Of a stretch of DNA of 64,000 bases, positions 1 to 9,964 are shown one piece after another. The position numbers and the translations under genes were made by a program. The notes below the pieces were generated by a model that worked only from the letters and a program-made list of their open reading frames with translations, did no database searches and had not been told where the DNA came from. The DNA comes from an uncultured Candidatus Saccharibacteria bacterium (GTDB lineage: Bacteria > Patescibacteriota > Saccharimonadia > Saccharimonadales > Saccharimonadaceae). Every line of letters begins with the position of its first letter. Positions within the stretch are counted from its first letter, which is position 1. The DNA is taken from assembly GCA_963518445.1 (NCBI GenBank), contig CAUQIU010000001.1, positions 774 through 64,773 of the forward strand, read 5' to 3'.

Positions 1-218
1 AGCTGCCACTGCCGGTGAGTCAATTGTATCGAGACAAGATTCATGACATCGACGCGCGGTCGCGGCTGGACACGGTGCTCAGCCGATTTATCCAAACCCG
101 CAATCACTTGTTTGTGGTGATGGATGATGAAACTGAGTTAGGAATCATCACGCTGGAGGACGTGATCGAAGAGATTTTGGACCAGGAAATTGAGGACGAA
201 TACGACGAATTACGATGA
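1..218 (+). CDS. C-terminal fragment of a CBS-domain protein (CNNM/CorC/TlyC-like); the 5' end lies outside the window
   Basis: The frame is open from the window edge to the stop at 216-218. The tail ...LFVVMDDETELGIITLEDVIEEILDQEIEDEYD looks like the second CBS module and acidic tail of DUF21-CBS proteins. Confidence 0.5.
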   Translation, partial: LPLPVSQLYRDKIHDIDARSRLDTVLSRFIQTRNHLFVVMDDETELGIITLEDVIEEILDQEIEDEYDELR

Positions 219-811
219 GCTGTTGGGGCTAGCGGAATCTTCGCTCGCCGTGACGGCGGTCGTGAGCACAGTACCCAGTACTACTCTGACGGATACCGTC
301 TCTCACGAGACACCAGGCAGGGCGGTGACACGAACACTCACTGGACTAACCAGGGGTGTTAAATAAAACACACCCTCCCCACCGAACCTTAGGTTTACGA
401 GTCAATATCTTTAATTATAGATGTTATTCTTTGATATATTTTTTCTATATCGTTAACGGATGTCTGGCTGTTGGTTGCAAGCTGGTCAAATAGTGTCGCT
501 AAAAAATCCCAATCAATTACGGAGTTTTTTTTCAGTGAGGCGAGCCATGGCGAAGCAAATTACGTCTAACGATTCTGCGGTATCTGCTTTGTTTGGTGCG
601 AATTTGTAGATATCAATAATCTCACGAGCAATGATTGCCTGGTGTATTTGATGGTTTTGAATACTGTTCATGACGTTAGTGTAGCATGTAGTATCTATTA
701 AATGATAAGAATATATATTTCTAAACAATTTATTTCCTCAAAAGTACTTGACTTTTTATAGTACCTTGTATAACATAGTACTATGTACAAAGAAACTACA
801 AGGAGCAAGGT

Positions 812-2101
812 ATGAGAAGAATCGATATCATCAAGCGGGCGGGGCGGAATCTTCGCCAGTCGAAAGGTCGGACGATTTTGACGGCATTGGCGATTTCCGT
901 CGGGGCGTTTACGATTGGTCTAGCGCTGATGGCTGGCGAGGGTGGCCGTTTGTATACCAACAGCATAGTCGATGCGGCTGGCGATAAAAAAGTGATCATG
1001 GTTGGTAAAAAAATTGAAGCTGAAAAGAAAGATCAATTGCCAGAATACGGCAATTCAGAACAAGATGCTAGAAAAAATAAGGAATCAGCCATACGAAGCA
1101 AATATGTGCTCAATGACAAGGACTTAGAAAAAATCCGCCAAACGCCGCATGTAAAAACGGTAACACCGGCGTATTCAACTGATGGTGTCGCCTATGCTAA
1201 GAGCTCGGCGAATGGTAAGAAATTTGCGCTGACTGTGGCTGTTAAAATGGACAGGACTCGGGCAGAATTGGCGGCGGGGTCACTGGAAGATTTCATGCCA
1301 AAGCCGGGTGAGATTATCATCCCGGATGATTATGTGAAGCAGTTGGGCTTTAAGGATGCGCAGTCGGCAATTGGCCAGACGATAACCTTGGGTGTGCGCA
1401 GCGCAGGGCAGGGCGGAGATGTCGCCAAAGAGGTGTCGTTCAAAATTGCGGCGGTGGACAAAAAGTCAGACACTGTTTTGTTCTATGAACTAATGTTGAG
1501 AATTTCAACAGCTGACGCTAAGGCTATCTATGAATTTAGCCACGACAAGAGCCAACCACATCAGTACTCAACGGCGATTGCTATGGTGGATGACGAGAGC
1601 AATGTTGATACTGCTAAAGACGTGATCGGCAAAGATTATAATGCATACTCAATTCAGGATATTCGGAAGGCGCTACTAACGATGGTTAATGTAGCACAGG
1701 TGGCGCTGGCAGGATTTGGTGGCTTGGCGCTGCTCGCTAGTGTGTTTGGAATTGTGAATACTATGTATATTTCGGTACTGGAGCGAACTAGTCAAATTGG
1801 CTTAATGAAAGCGCTGGGGATGCGTGGTCGTGATATTGGTAAGTTGTTCCGGTATGAGGCAGCATGGGTTGGTCTGCTCGGCGGCTTGATTGGCGTTGGG
1901 CTGGCGAGTTTAGTGACGTTACTAAACCCAGTGATTACTAGCACCTTGGGTTTAAGTGCAGGGACGAACCTACTGGTCATCAATCCGCTGCAAATTGGAC
2001 TGTTGGTGTTTGGACTAGTAGTGATGGCAGTAATTTCTGGCTGGCTGCCGAGTCGCAAAGCAACAAAGCTGGACCCAATTGAGGCATTAAGGACGGAATA
2101 G
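812..2101 (+). CDS. ABC transporter permease, MacB/FtsX-like
   Basis: N-terminal TM helix, large extracytoplasmic domain and a C-terminal 3-TM FtsX-type domain (…GLMKALGMRGRDIGKLF…LPSRKATKLDPIEALR). AAGGAG Shine-Dalgarno upstream. The adjacent gene encodes an ABC ATPase. Confidence 0.8.
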   Translation: MRRIDIIKRAGRNLRQSKGRTILTALAISVGAFTIGLALMAGEGGRLYTNSIVDAAGDKKVIMVGKKIEAEKKDQLPEYGNSEQDARKNKESAIRSKYVLNDKDLEKIRQTPHVKTVTPAYSTDGVAYAKSSANGKKFALTVAVKMDRTRAELAAGSLEDFMPKPGEIIIPDDYVKQLGFKDAQSAIGQTITLGVRSAGQGGDVAKEVSFKIAAVDKKSDTVLFYELMLRISTADAKAIYEFSHDKSQPHQYSTAIAMVDDESNVDTAKDVIGKDYNAYSIQDIRKALLTMVNVAQVALAGFGGLALLASVFGIVNTMYISVLERTSQIGLMKALGMRGRDIGKLFRYEAAWVGLLGGLIGVGLASLVTLLNPVITSTLGLSAGTNLLVINPLQIGLLVFGLVVMAVISGWLPSRKATKLDPIEALRTE

Positions 2102-2111
2102 GAGAAAGGTC

Positions 2112-2810
2112 ATGATTGAACTAAAAAATGTGACAAAAGTTTACGGCAAAAAGAAGAACCAATTTACGGCGCTGAAAAATGTTAGCCTGACCATCCCAAC
2201 GGGAGCTAGTGTAGCTATCTTAGGTAAATCTGGTTCAGGAAAATCGACGCTGATGCACGCGATTTCCGGGCTGGACCGGCCACAACACGGCCAGGTGATC
2301 ATCGACGGGCAAGATATTTTACAGCTGAAGCCAAAGCGCGTCGATGAGTTTCGCGCCAAGAAAATCGGCTTTATCTTTCAGAGCTTTTTTGTCCAAGGCA
2401 ATGAGAGCGTGGTTGATAATGTTAGTTTACCGCTGGAAATTGCGCGGCTGCCACGGAAAAAGCGGGCGCACAAAATCAATGCGGCGCTTAAGGCGGTGGA
2501 TTTGTATGATAAGCGAAAAAACCGCGCTAAGGACTTGTCGGGCGGACAAAAACAGCGCCTGGCGATTGCCCGGGCAATTGTCAGTGATCCACAAATTATC
2601 TTTGCCGACGAACCGACGGGTAACTTGGACAGTGAAACAGGTGCGAAAGTGGAAGAATTGCTGTTTGATTATAACAAGCAAAAGGGTGTAACATTGATCG
2701 TGGTGACGCATGACGCTGATCTGGCGAAAAAATGTGATCATCAAATTATCATCAAAGATGGTCGGGTTGAGCAATCAACGGTGCCAGGAGGTATAAAGCA
2801 TGGACGTTAG
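2112..2810 (+). CDS. ABC transporter ATP-binding protein (MacB/LolD-type)
   Basis: Walker [10 protein letters not shown], signature LSGGQKQR, Walker [10 protein letters not shown]-loop VTHD. Confidence 0.9.
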   Translation: MIELKNVTKVYGKKKNQFTALKNVSLTIPTGASVAILGKSGSGKSTLMHAISGLDRPQHGQVIIDGQDILQLKPKRVDEFRAKKIGFIFQSFFVQGNESVVDNVSLPLEIARLPRKKRAHKINAALKAVDLYDKRKNRAKDLSGGQKQRLAIARAIVSDPQIIFADEPTGNLDSETGAKVEELLFDYNKQKGVTLIVVTHDADLAKKCDHQIIIKDGRVEQSTVPGGIKHGR

Positions 2811-3147
2811 TGCTTACGCGGAGAGCCTGGCGATTCAGCTCCGCAAAGGCTTTCTGGTGTACTGCGTACTGTTAGTGTGTGCTAAACAACCACAGTACGC
2901 TGGTGATATCGTCAAGCAACTGAGCGATTCGGACTTGATGGTAGTGGAAGGCACGATTTATCCACTACTGAGTCGTTTACAAAAATATGGCTACCTTAAG
3001 CACGAATGGCAGGAAAGCGAACAAGGACCACCGCGCAAATATTATTCACTTACTGACACTGGCGCGCAGCTAGTGGATGAGCTGACGGATCGTATCAAAA
3101 TGTTGAACACTTCGCTAAAAAATATCGAGAAAGGAGCAAAGCGATGA
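2800..3147 (+). CDS. PadR-family transcriptional regulator
   Basis: Winged-HTH pattern QYAGDIVKQL…EGTIYPLLSRLQKYGYLKHEW. Overlaps the upstream ATPase gene by 11 nt. Confidence 0.75.
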   Translation: MDVSAYAESLAIQLRKGFLVYCVLLVCAKQPQYAGDIVKQLSDSDLMVVEGTIYPLLSRLQKYGYLKHEWQESEQGPPRKYYSLTDTGAQLVDELTDRIKMLNTSLKNIEKGAKR

Positions 3148-4454
3148 AAGAAATAACCAGAATTCATTTGGCAAAAACGCCGTTTAGCGTGGAGGTTGAT
3201 GCCAAGAAATCATTGGAACAATATCTTGATTCAATTCAGAAAAATATGCACGCTGAGCCAGAAGCGATGCGCGAAATTGAGGCACGAATGGTGGAGCTTT
3301 TGGCGGAGCGCGGCGTGTCGAAGGACGGTGTCATTAGCCACGATGATATCTTGGTGGTGCAACAACAAATGGGCGAACCGCAGGACTTTGCTGACGGTGA
3401 AATGCCAGAGACGGTTGACACAGCTGAGACGAACGCGAGCAAGCCGACCAAGCGATTGATGCGCGATCCAGACAATGCAATTTTGGGTGGCGTGTGCGCT
3501 GGGATCGCTGCCTACTGGGGAATTAATCCTTTGTGGGTACGCTTGTTGTTCATTTTCTCGCCATTTATCACCTTTGGTACTTCGCTACTGATTTACATTG
3601 TATTGTGGATCAGTATGCCAGAAGCACAAACGGCAGCTGAAAAATTACAGATGCGGGGCGAGGAAGTGACGCTGGATAGCCTGAAAAATTTTTCTTTCAC
3701 CGATAATAAAAAAACGCAGGTTAAAAATACGTTCATTAAAATTGTACAAGTAATTACTTCGTTTGTATTGATCATGATTACCTTTGGTCTGCTGGTTGCT
3801 GTACCAGTAGGGCTCTTTGCTGGCGCAAGTGTCATCAGCTGGATGGACGGTTTTGCTGCACAGCCATGGGCTTTAGGCTTGCTGATCTCTTTGTTGATTG
3901 GTGGAGCTGCTGCGGTGACATTGTTTGGTGTGTTGACGTCCAGCGCAATAAAGTGGCATTTTACGCGAACGGCACTGATCGCAGTGATTATCAGTACGGT
4001 TATCGGAGCATTTTGCATATCGAGTTCGGCTATCTTTGGTACGCAAACTCTAAGAGAGCTGGCGCGGGATGAAGAACGCTTGACGAAAACAATGACTGTA
4101 GAGTTGCCAAAGAGCCTTGAGGGCGTTAAATACGCTGATGTGACCAGTAATGGTTTAGTTAGTAGGCAGGCTATACCATCTCAAGAGACCAAGATTGAGG
4201 TAAAATACTTCTCGCGTAAAGATGGTAAGGCGCCAAAAGTACAAGCTATCGTAGAGGGTGATACTCTTAAGATCAATATTGAACATGATTCACAGCTGTC
4301 TTGTCTCAATGAGTCATTCTTTTGGGGTGTTCACTGTGGCGGTATCACAAAGGTTACCGTGTACGGACCTTTGCAGCTGAAACCGTATAGTCAAGATATT
4401 GATGATTTTATCCCGTATCGGGGGTCATCGCGGACCAATGGCGCATTTTTGTAG
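3144..4454 (+). CDS. PspC-domain membrane protein
   Basis: PspC motif LMRDPDNAILGGVCAGIAAYWGINPLWVRLLFIF followed by several TM helices. 4-nt overlap with the padR-like gene. Confidence 0.75.
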   Translation: MKEITRIHLAKTPFSVEVDAKKSLEQYLDSIQKNMHAEPEAMREIEARMVELLAERGVSKDGVISHDDILVVQQQMGEPQDFADGEMPETVDTAETNASKPTKRLMRDPDNAILGGVCAGIAAYWGINPLWVRLLFIFSPFITFGTSLLIYIVLWISMPEAQTAAEKLQMRGEEVTLDSLKNFSFTDNKKTQVKNTFIKIVQVITSFVLIMITFGLLVAVPVGLFAGASVISWMDGFAAQPWALGLLISLLIGGAAAVTLFGVLTSSAIKWHFTRTALIAVIISTVIGAFCISSSAIFGTQTLRELARDEERLTKTMTVELPKSLEGVKYADVTSNGLVSRQAIPSQETKIEVKYFSRKDGKAPKVQAIVEGDTLKINIEHDSQLSCLNESFFWGVHCGGITKVTVYGPLQLKPYSQDIDDFIPYRGSSRTNGAFL

Positions 4455-4483
4455 AAAACTAGTGGTTTGATATAATAAGCTCT

Positions 4484-5326
4484 ATGAATATGAGTTGGTG
4501 GCAAGCAATTGTGCTAGGAATTATCGAAGGGATTACCGAATTCCTGCCTATTTCTAGCACAGGCCACCTGACGATTGCTGAGAAATTGATGGGTATGCCC
4601 CTTGATAACGAGGGGCTGATTGCGTTTACGGCGATTATTCAGATCGGGGCTATAGCAGCAGCGATTATTTATTTTTGGCAGGATATTCAGCGAGTACTAA
4701 TCGCGTGGTGGCGTGGTTTGTGGTGGAAGCGAGCGCGACGGCAATTTGACTACAAGTACGGGTGGGCGATCATCATCGGTTCAGTGCCGATTGCGGTAGT
4801 GGGACTGGTATTCAAGGATGAAATCGAAACAGTGCTGCGTAGTTTGTGGTTTGTGGCGGGTGCGTTGATCATCTGGAGTGGCGTGATGTGGCTGGCTGAT
4901 AAGTATGCTACTACCAAGCGCGTTGAAAAGGATACGACGTGGAGAGATACGCTGGTTATTGGTTTGGGTCAGTGCCTGTCGCTCGTTCCTGGAGTGAGCC
5001 GCTCTGGCGCTACGATATCAGTGGGGTTGCTGCGTGGTTTTGACCGGGTAACAGTGACCAAATTGAGTTTTTTCCTGGGGATTCCAGCGTTGGTGGCAGC
5101 GGGGCTGTTGGAAGTCGTGACTAAATACAAGCATATTTCTGGCGGCGTTGGCTGGACATCAACCATCATCGCGACGGTGGTTTCATTTGGCGTGGGGTAC
5201 GTGGCAGTGGCGTGGCTCTTGAAATTCATCCAGAACAATAATTTTCGCTCATTTATCATCTATCGATTTGCGTTGGGGCTGATATTGGTAGCACTACTGG
5301 GCGCTGGGATAATCTCTCACGTTTAA
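4484..5326 (+). CDS. uppP: Undecaprenyl-diphosphate phosphatase
   Basis: BacA/UppP motifs GIIEGITEFLPISSTGHL and PGVSRSGATI, with 8 TM helices. TGATATAAT box ends 7 nt before the ATG. Confidence 0.85.
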   Translation: MNMSWWQAIVLGIIEGITEFLPISSTGHLTIAEKLMGMPLDNEGLIAFTAIIQIGAIAAAIIYFWQDIQRVLIAWWRGLWWKRARRQFDYKYGWAIIIGSVPIAVVGLVFKDEIETVLRSLWFVAGALIIWSGVMWLADKYATTKRVEKDTTWRDTLVIGLGQCLSLVPGVSRSGATISVGLLRGFDRVTVTKLSFFLGIPALVAAGLLEVVTKYKHISGGVGWTSTIIATVVSFGVGYVAVAWLLKFIQNNNFRSFIIYRFALGLILVALLGAGIISHV

Positions 5327-5351
5327 GCCAAAATTGGTATATAATGAGGGC

Positions 5352-6593
5352 ATGCTAGACATCAAATTTATTCGAGAAAATGCTGATTTGGTGCAAAAAT
5401 CAGCACATGATAAGGGATACACCGTTGATATTGCGACATTGTTGCAATTGGATGACGAGCGCCGCAACCTGCAAAAGCAAGTTGAAACACTGCGTGAACA
5501 GCGAAATGCAATTTCAGCCAAGATGAAAGGCGGCCGTCCAGATCAGGAGCTGATCGACCAGGGAAAACAGCTAAAAATTGAGTTGGCGGAACGTGAAAGC
5601 TACTTAAAATCAACAGAGGAAAAAGTAGCTGCAATTCTGAAAAACGTGCCGAACATCACCTTTGATGATGTGCCGCTTGGCGGCGAGGAAGATTCGGTTG
5701 AGGTAAAGGCGTACGGTGAGCGTAAAACGGGCGCCAAGGATCATTTGGATTATGCCGTTAGTCGTGGTTGGGTGGACTTTGAGCGCGGCGCGAAAGTAGC
5801 TGGCGCAAAGTTTTATTATCTTAAGGGCGACTTGGCGCTGCTAGAAAATGCTGTGACGCAGTTTGCGCTGGATTATGTGACGAAGCAGGGCTTTACGTTC
5901 ATGACCGTGCCGCATATGGTGAATATGCGCACAGCGGAAGGCGCCGGCTTTGCGCCAAAAGGTGAAGGTAGTAATGAGTATGTGGTCGAGGGCGAGGATT
6001 TGACGCTGATTGGGACGGCGGAAATGCCGCTGACGGGTTATCACGCTGATGAGATTTTGGATGAGAAAGATTTGCCCCTGCTCTACGCTGGGTATAGCCC
6101 GTGCTACCGCAAGGAAGCGGGCACGTACGGCAAACACACCCGTGGACTATTCCGAGTACACCAATTTAACAAATTGGAAATGTACGCGTTCTGTCTGCCG
6201 GAGCAGTCCAAGGAAATTCATGAAAAAATCCTCAGCGTCGAGGAAGCATTGTGGCAGCAAATTGGTATTTCGTACCACGTGGTGAATATCGCGGCGGGCG
6301 ACTTGGGTGCGCCAGCTGCCAAAAAGTATGACATTGAATATTGGTCACCGGTCGATCAGACTTACCGCGAGCTGACGAGTTGCTCAAATTGTACGGATTA
6401 TCAAGCGCGCGGTTTGAATATTCGGGTGCGGCGAGCGGATGGCAACATTGAGACAGTTCACACCTTGAACGGTACGGCAGTCTCATTGGCGCGGTCATTG
6501 GTGGTGATTTTGGAAAACTTCCAGAACGAGGACGGCAGTTTGACAGTGCCAGAAGTGCTGCGACCATACATAGGCGGACGTGAGCGAATTTAA
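5352..6593 (+). CDS. serS: Seryl-tRNA synthetase
   Basis: Begins MLDIKFIRENADLV (coiled-coil arm). Class II motifs FRVHQFNKLE and GSGLAVSRL-like NGTAVSLARSLVVILEN. Start moved from the TTG at 5334 to the ATG at 5352, which lies 6 nt after TATAAT (5340-5345). Confidence 0.9.
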   Translation: MLDIKFIRENADLVQKSAHDKGYTVDIATLLQLDDERRNLQKQVETLREQRNAISAKMKGGRPDQELIDQGKQLKIELAERESYLKSTEEKVAAILKNVPNITFDDVPLGGEEDSVEVKAYGERKTGAKDHLDYAVSRGWVDFERGAKVAGAKFYYLKGDLALLENAVTQFALDYVTKQGFTFMTVPHMVNMRTAEGAGFAPKGEGSNEYVVEGEDLTLIGTAEMPLTGYHADEILDEKDLPLLYAGYSPCYRKEAGTYGKHTRGLFRVHQFNKLEMYAFCLPEQSKEIHEKILSVEEALWQQIGISYHVVNIAAGDLGAPAAKKYDIEYWSPVDQTYRELTSCSNCTDYQARGLNIRVRRADGNIETVHTLNGTAVSLARSLVVILENFQNEDGSLTVPEVLRPYIGGRERI

Positions 6594-6632
6594 CGAATGC
6601 ATGGTATAATGTAGGTATAACGAAGGAGGGAT

Positions 6633-7004
6633 ATGATTACCAATCTGACAATCACTGGTGTAAAGTACGAACTGAATGACACGACCAAACGGTATATTGA
6701 GAAAAAAATTGGCCCATTGGATCGGTTTTTGCCACGTCACGCTCGTAAAAGCGTTACGGCAGATGTGAAGATTAAGCAAATTGATAACCCTGGCGGCAAC
6801 AAATATGAGGTTGAAGTTATCATCAATGTCCCGGACAAGGTCATCACCGCTAAAGACTCAACAATGAACGTGTTGGCGGCTGTGGATATCGTCGAGACCA
6901 AATTGAACGGTCAATTGCGTCGCTACAAGGACGACACGTTGGCGCACGTTGGTCGTAGCCGTGGTGTGTTGGCACGGTTCAAGCGCAGTTTTCGTCGCGG
7001 GTAG
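6633..7004 (+). CDS. hpf: Ribosome hibernation promoting factor (short HPF/RaiA type)
   Basis: MITNLTITGVKYELNDTTKRYIEKKIGPLDRF… matches the sigma54-modulation/S30EA fold pattern. GAAGGAGGG Shine-Dalgarno at 6622-6630. Confidence 0.75.
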   Translation: MITNLTITGVKYELNDTTKRYIEKKIGPLDRFLPRHARKSVTADVKIKQIDNPGGNKYEVEVIINVPDKVITAKDSTMNVLAAVDIVETKLNGQLRRYKDDTLAHVGRSRGVLARFKRSFRRG

Positions 7005-7016
7005 TACAAACTACCC
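6999..7016. terminator. Hairpin spanning the two convergent stop codons (hpf and the 312-aa gene)
   Basis: GGGTAGT-ACAA-ACTACCC gives a 7-bp stem and 4-nt loop. There is no U tract, so its function is uncertain. Confidence 0.3.
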
Positions 7017-7949
7017 GACAGGTGAGCGGGTACCAGTGTCATTACCTGAATAGCCGGCTGGTAGTGTATAAAGGGCCAGCACGTGCCCTCTTGTAAAGGC
7101 AGGTGTATCCCAAGTGATTATTGGCGTCGAGTTACTAATAACATTTGCTGGTCGCCAACACCATGAATCACGATGCCTATCGATCAGCGGCGTATTGTTT
7201 CGTAGTGCAGCTAGGAGATTGTCAGTTAAGGCTTCGGCTACAGTTTGGTGCTCGAGAGGCGGGCTTTGTTGTTGGCTCTGTTCATATGACATACCCAGGT
7301 GTGCTGGCTCCTCTGTACCAGAAAGCAGACGAAGTGTCCAGGTAATAGTTTTGTCGCCATCCTTGATTTGATGAGTTGGTAGAGTCGATAATCCCGGAGT
7401 GGTTGTTGAAGTTGGCGCCTGGTTAAGGTATCTCCAAGTATTATTATCAATTATATTATCAATGTGCAACCCATAGTCTTTGTGGTCAATCCCCAGGGGA
7501 TTGTCTTGTATCGTCTTGTCCAAAGTCATTGCTTTGGCGATGTCTAACCAAGTTTCTTTACCAAGGCCGTGAGGAGCCAGGACGATGTGCGGGGTGACGC
7601 CATCTTCTTGCTCCATTCGCTCAAATTGCTCAGCCAAATAGCGAAAATTGACACCAGCTGATAGCATTTGTTCTGGTGTTGGTGCTGATAAGCCAGCATG
7701 CCCAACCAAACGTTCGGACAAGAGAAAAGCTTGTTCAAACGAGTGTTGAATCTCAAGATTGTCTATTTGCTCTAAGCCACCGAAGCCAGCTGTGCCTTGT
7801 TTCTGAGCTTCATCAACAGCGGTGTCAAGTACCCCAAAGAGGGCGGTGGCGCCAAAATCCTCAGAAATTTTTTGTTTTAATTGAGCTCTCTCCCACGCAG
7901 CTGCAGCGGCAGTATTGATATGTAGCGGGAGAAGATTAGGATTGGGCAT
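7011..7949 (-). CDS. Hypothetical protein, paralog A of the pair flanking the vWA/AAA module
   Basis: 312-aa ORF. Clear similarity to the 11830-12741 product: MPNPNLL/MANPNLL, AAAAWERAQ/AEAAWERAQ, QGTAGFGGL..NLE/QGVAGFNGL..NLE, and C-terminal SPVG/PPVG. Confidence 0.6.
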   Translation of the reverse strand: MPNPNLLPLHINTAAAAAWERAQLKQKISEDFGATALFGVLDTAVDEAQKQGTAGFGGLEQIDNLEIQHSFEQAFLLSERLVGHAGLSAPTPEQMLSAGVNFRYLAEQFERMEQEDGVTPHIVLAPHGLGKETWLDIAKAMTLDKTIQDNPLGIDHKDYGLHIDNIIDNNTWRYLNQAPTSTTTPGLSTLPTHQIKDGDKTITWTLRLLSGTEEPAHLGMSYEQSQQQSPPLEHQTVAEALTDNLLAALRNNTPLIDRHRDSWCWRPANVISNSTPIITWDTPAFTRGHVLALYTLPAGYSGNDTGTRSPVG

Positions 7950-7962
7950 AGAGTATATTCTT

Positions 7963-9897
7963 TTATGTTCGGATGGTTGTTTCTATAAATGATTGTAGCA
8001 CGTTTGGTAAATCTTTGGGGTCGTTGATACGTTTGGCGTTCGGAGCGTACAGTTGTTCAGCGTCGTCTGAGCTAATGGATACGCCGTATACTACAGTGTT
8101 CTGGTCACGGCGAAGCTGGCTGATAGCTGCCTGGGCGGCGCCATGGTCATTACTCTTACCGTCAGTCACGACAATGACAATTCGCTGGCGATCTTGGTCG
8201 TGGGGTAGATGAGCAATTTCCTGGAGGGCTAAATAATCCGCCGTACCGCCCGCATTGGCTGCAGTGATGGCTGCGTATGTATCAAGCCGTTGTTTGTCAT
8301 TTAGGTTACTACTGAGTGGTTTGTGACAGATTGCAGTATCATCAAATGTGTATAGTGAGGTACATACTGACAGGTCGGATAAATCAATACTTTGTTGTTG
8401 TTCTAGCTGTCGGATATCACGTTCCATACCAGCGAGCCCCTCTAGCATGATGACTGCACAACTGGCAGCGGCTTGTGCGGGCGTACCGCTCATGGAACCA
8501 GAGCAGTCGAACACAAAGAAATAGTCAGTCTTACATCTCAGCTCGGTTCGTCCGCGGACGGTTTCGTAACGCTGAAATGCCTCTGGGGTGACACTGCTTT
8601 TGATGTCGACCACAGTTTGTGCCAGGTGGTTGGGGTCGAGGATATCGCCGTCTTGGTGAGCGCGGCGACTGAGACCGCGGCGGGTAGCAACAACTTCATC
8701 CAAGACTGATTGAAAGACTTGGCGCATCTGATCAATCTGCCTATGGAGTCGCTTGATTTCATTATCATACTGCTGTTTTTCGCGTAGTGAATGTCCAGTT
8801 TGCTCTTGATAGCGGCGGTTGGCCGCTATCTGACGGGCGCGTTCTCGCTGTTCGGGTGTCATGGTTTCGTGACGTTTTTCTTGAGTAGCTTTGTCGATAG
8901 CGTCATGGATTTTTTCATGTTCTTTGGGACTGAACGGCTCGGGATGCTTGTTGTCGAAATAATCAGCGTAAGCGTCCGCGAATGGATTGTCGCCTTGTTT
9001 AGTGTCAGCGTTTTGTGATGGGTCGGCATCTTGCTGCTCGGTAGTGTTGTTGGTGGTCTGTTGATCGCCGTTTTGCTGCTGGGTTTGGGTGTTTTCTGCC
9101 TCTTGTTTGTCTAATTTTATGAGATTTTCGTATTTTGGCCAAATCTGCGTGAGCCAATAGTCAAAACGGTCACTGCCGGAGAGTTTCTTGCCATTAGCGC
9201 CCCTTGCACCAGGATCGGTCAAGAACGAGATGAGGTCAATCTGTCCACCCTGAAAGTTGCGCAGCTGGTCTATGGCTTCATCAACTTCTTGGCGAACAGG
9301 TGTTTTGCTGCCTGGTATCATCTCCTGGCGGATGATTTTGTAGAGAAATTGCAGGTGCATGGGGTTGCTAGCATAATCAACTGGTTCGCCGTCACGCTCC
9401 GCTGGAAACAGGCGACTGGCGTAAATATCGGCACCAACTTCTTGCATGGCGGGTAGCATGTTCATGATCTGTTTGTTACCGTGGATATCGGTCAGAATAT
9501 TATTGAAAATATGGCGTGCTTGTTGCTCCTGAGGGTCTTTGCTGCCCATGATGAATGCATTTTGCCGCGCTGAAAATACAGGATCTCGCTTGATGTCGCG
9601 CACATGGGCCATCAGTTCATGCAGGGTAGCAAATACACAGTGATCAGCTGAATAACCTTTTTCAATGAAGAATGACGGATCGATAGTGAATGAACCAGTT
9701 TTGGTATCTGTAGCCCAGCCTTCGCCAACCGCTACCTGTACGTTCATGCCAGTCAGTCGACACAGTGCTGGTATTTGGTCGTCCAGAAATGCCGCGGCTT
9801 TATCAAGCGAGGCCTGACGCTCTACTGCTGCCTCTTGCTCGGGCGTCACCGTCGGTGATTCTGAGTGATTTATTGATGGGTGTAATACTTCGGTCAT
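7963..9897 (-). CDS. von Willebrand factor A (MIDAS) domain protein with an N-terminal HExxxH-containing domain and an acidic/Q-rich linker
   Basis: C-terminal vWA domain with DxSxS MIDAS motif (FVFDCSGSMSG), later GGTADY and IVIVVTDGKSND. N-terminal LHELMAHVRD. Low-complexity stretch QEAENTQTQQQNGDQQTTNNTTEQQDADPSQNAD. Confidence 0.75.
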   Translation of the reverse strand: MTEVLHPSINHSESPTVTPEQEAAVERQASLDKAAAFLDDQIPALCRLTGMNVQVAVGEGWATDTKTGSFTIDPSFFIEKGYSADHCVFATLHELMAHVRDIKRDPVFSARQNAFIMGSKDPQEQQARHIFNNILTDIHGNKQIMNMLPAMQEVGADIYASRLFPAERDGEPVDYASNPMHLQFLYKIIRQEMIPGSKTPVRQEVDEAIDQLRNFQGGQIDLISFLTDPGARGANGKKLSGSDRFDYWLTQIWPKYENLIKLDKQEAENTQTQQQNGDQQTTNNTTEQQDADPSQNADTKQGDNPFADAYADYFDNKHPEPFSPKEHEKIHDAIDKATQEKRHETMTPEQRERARQIAANRRYQEQTGHSLREKQQYDNEIKRLHRQIDQMRQVFQSVLDEVVATRRGLSRRAHQDGDILDPNHLAQTVVDIKSSVTPEAFQRYETVRGRTELRCKTDYFFVFDCSGSMSGTPAQAAASCAVIMLEGLAGMERDIRQLEQQQSIDLSDLSVCTSLYTFDDTAICHKPLSSNLNDKQRLDTYAAITAANAGGTADYLALQEIAHLPHDQDRQRIVIVVTDGKSNDHGAAQAAISQLRRDQNTVVYGVSISSDDAEQLYAPNAKRINDPKDLPNVLQSFIETTIRT

Positions 9898-9964
9898 TTT
9901 CTTTACAAGCCTTATGCTTATAGTATATAATACGAGTCAGATATTATAAAACACCAACACGCTC

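Noticed and set aside
219-380. GC-rich intergenic segment of about 130 nt with several short hairpins (for example GACGG-ATA-CCGTC and GGGTGT…ACACCC) after the CBS-domain gene. I considered it as a tRNA, SRP RNA or other ncRNA.
   Set aside because: There is no tRNA T-loop or acceptor features. There is no SRP domain-IV GGAA/AGCA motif in the correct context, and no U-tract terminator. I cannot support an RNA-gene call without a covariance-model scan.
5334-5351. Upstream extensions of ORF-track starts: 5334, 16737, 18074, 19221, 28501, 30979, 34223, 34929, 39397, 41945, 43369, 45166 and 63608.
   Set aside because: In each case the extension overlaps the gene's own -10 box or the preceding gene. 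A conserved protein N-terminus or an SD/leaderless signal supports an internal start instead. The extended forms are not excluded experimentally.
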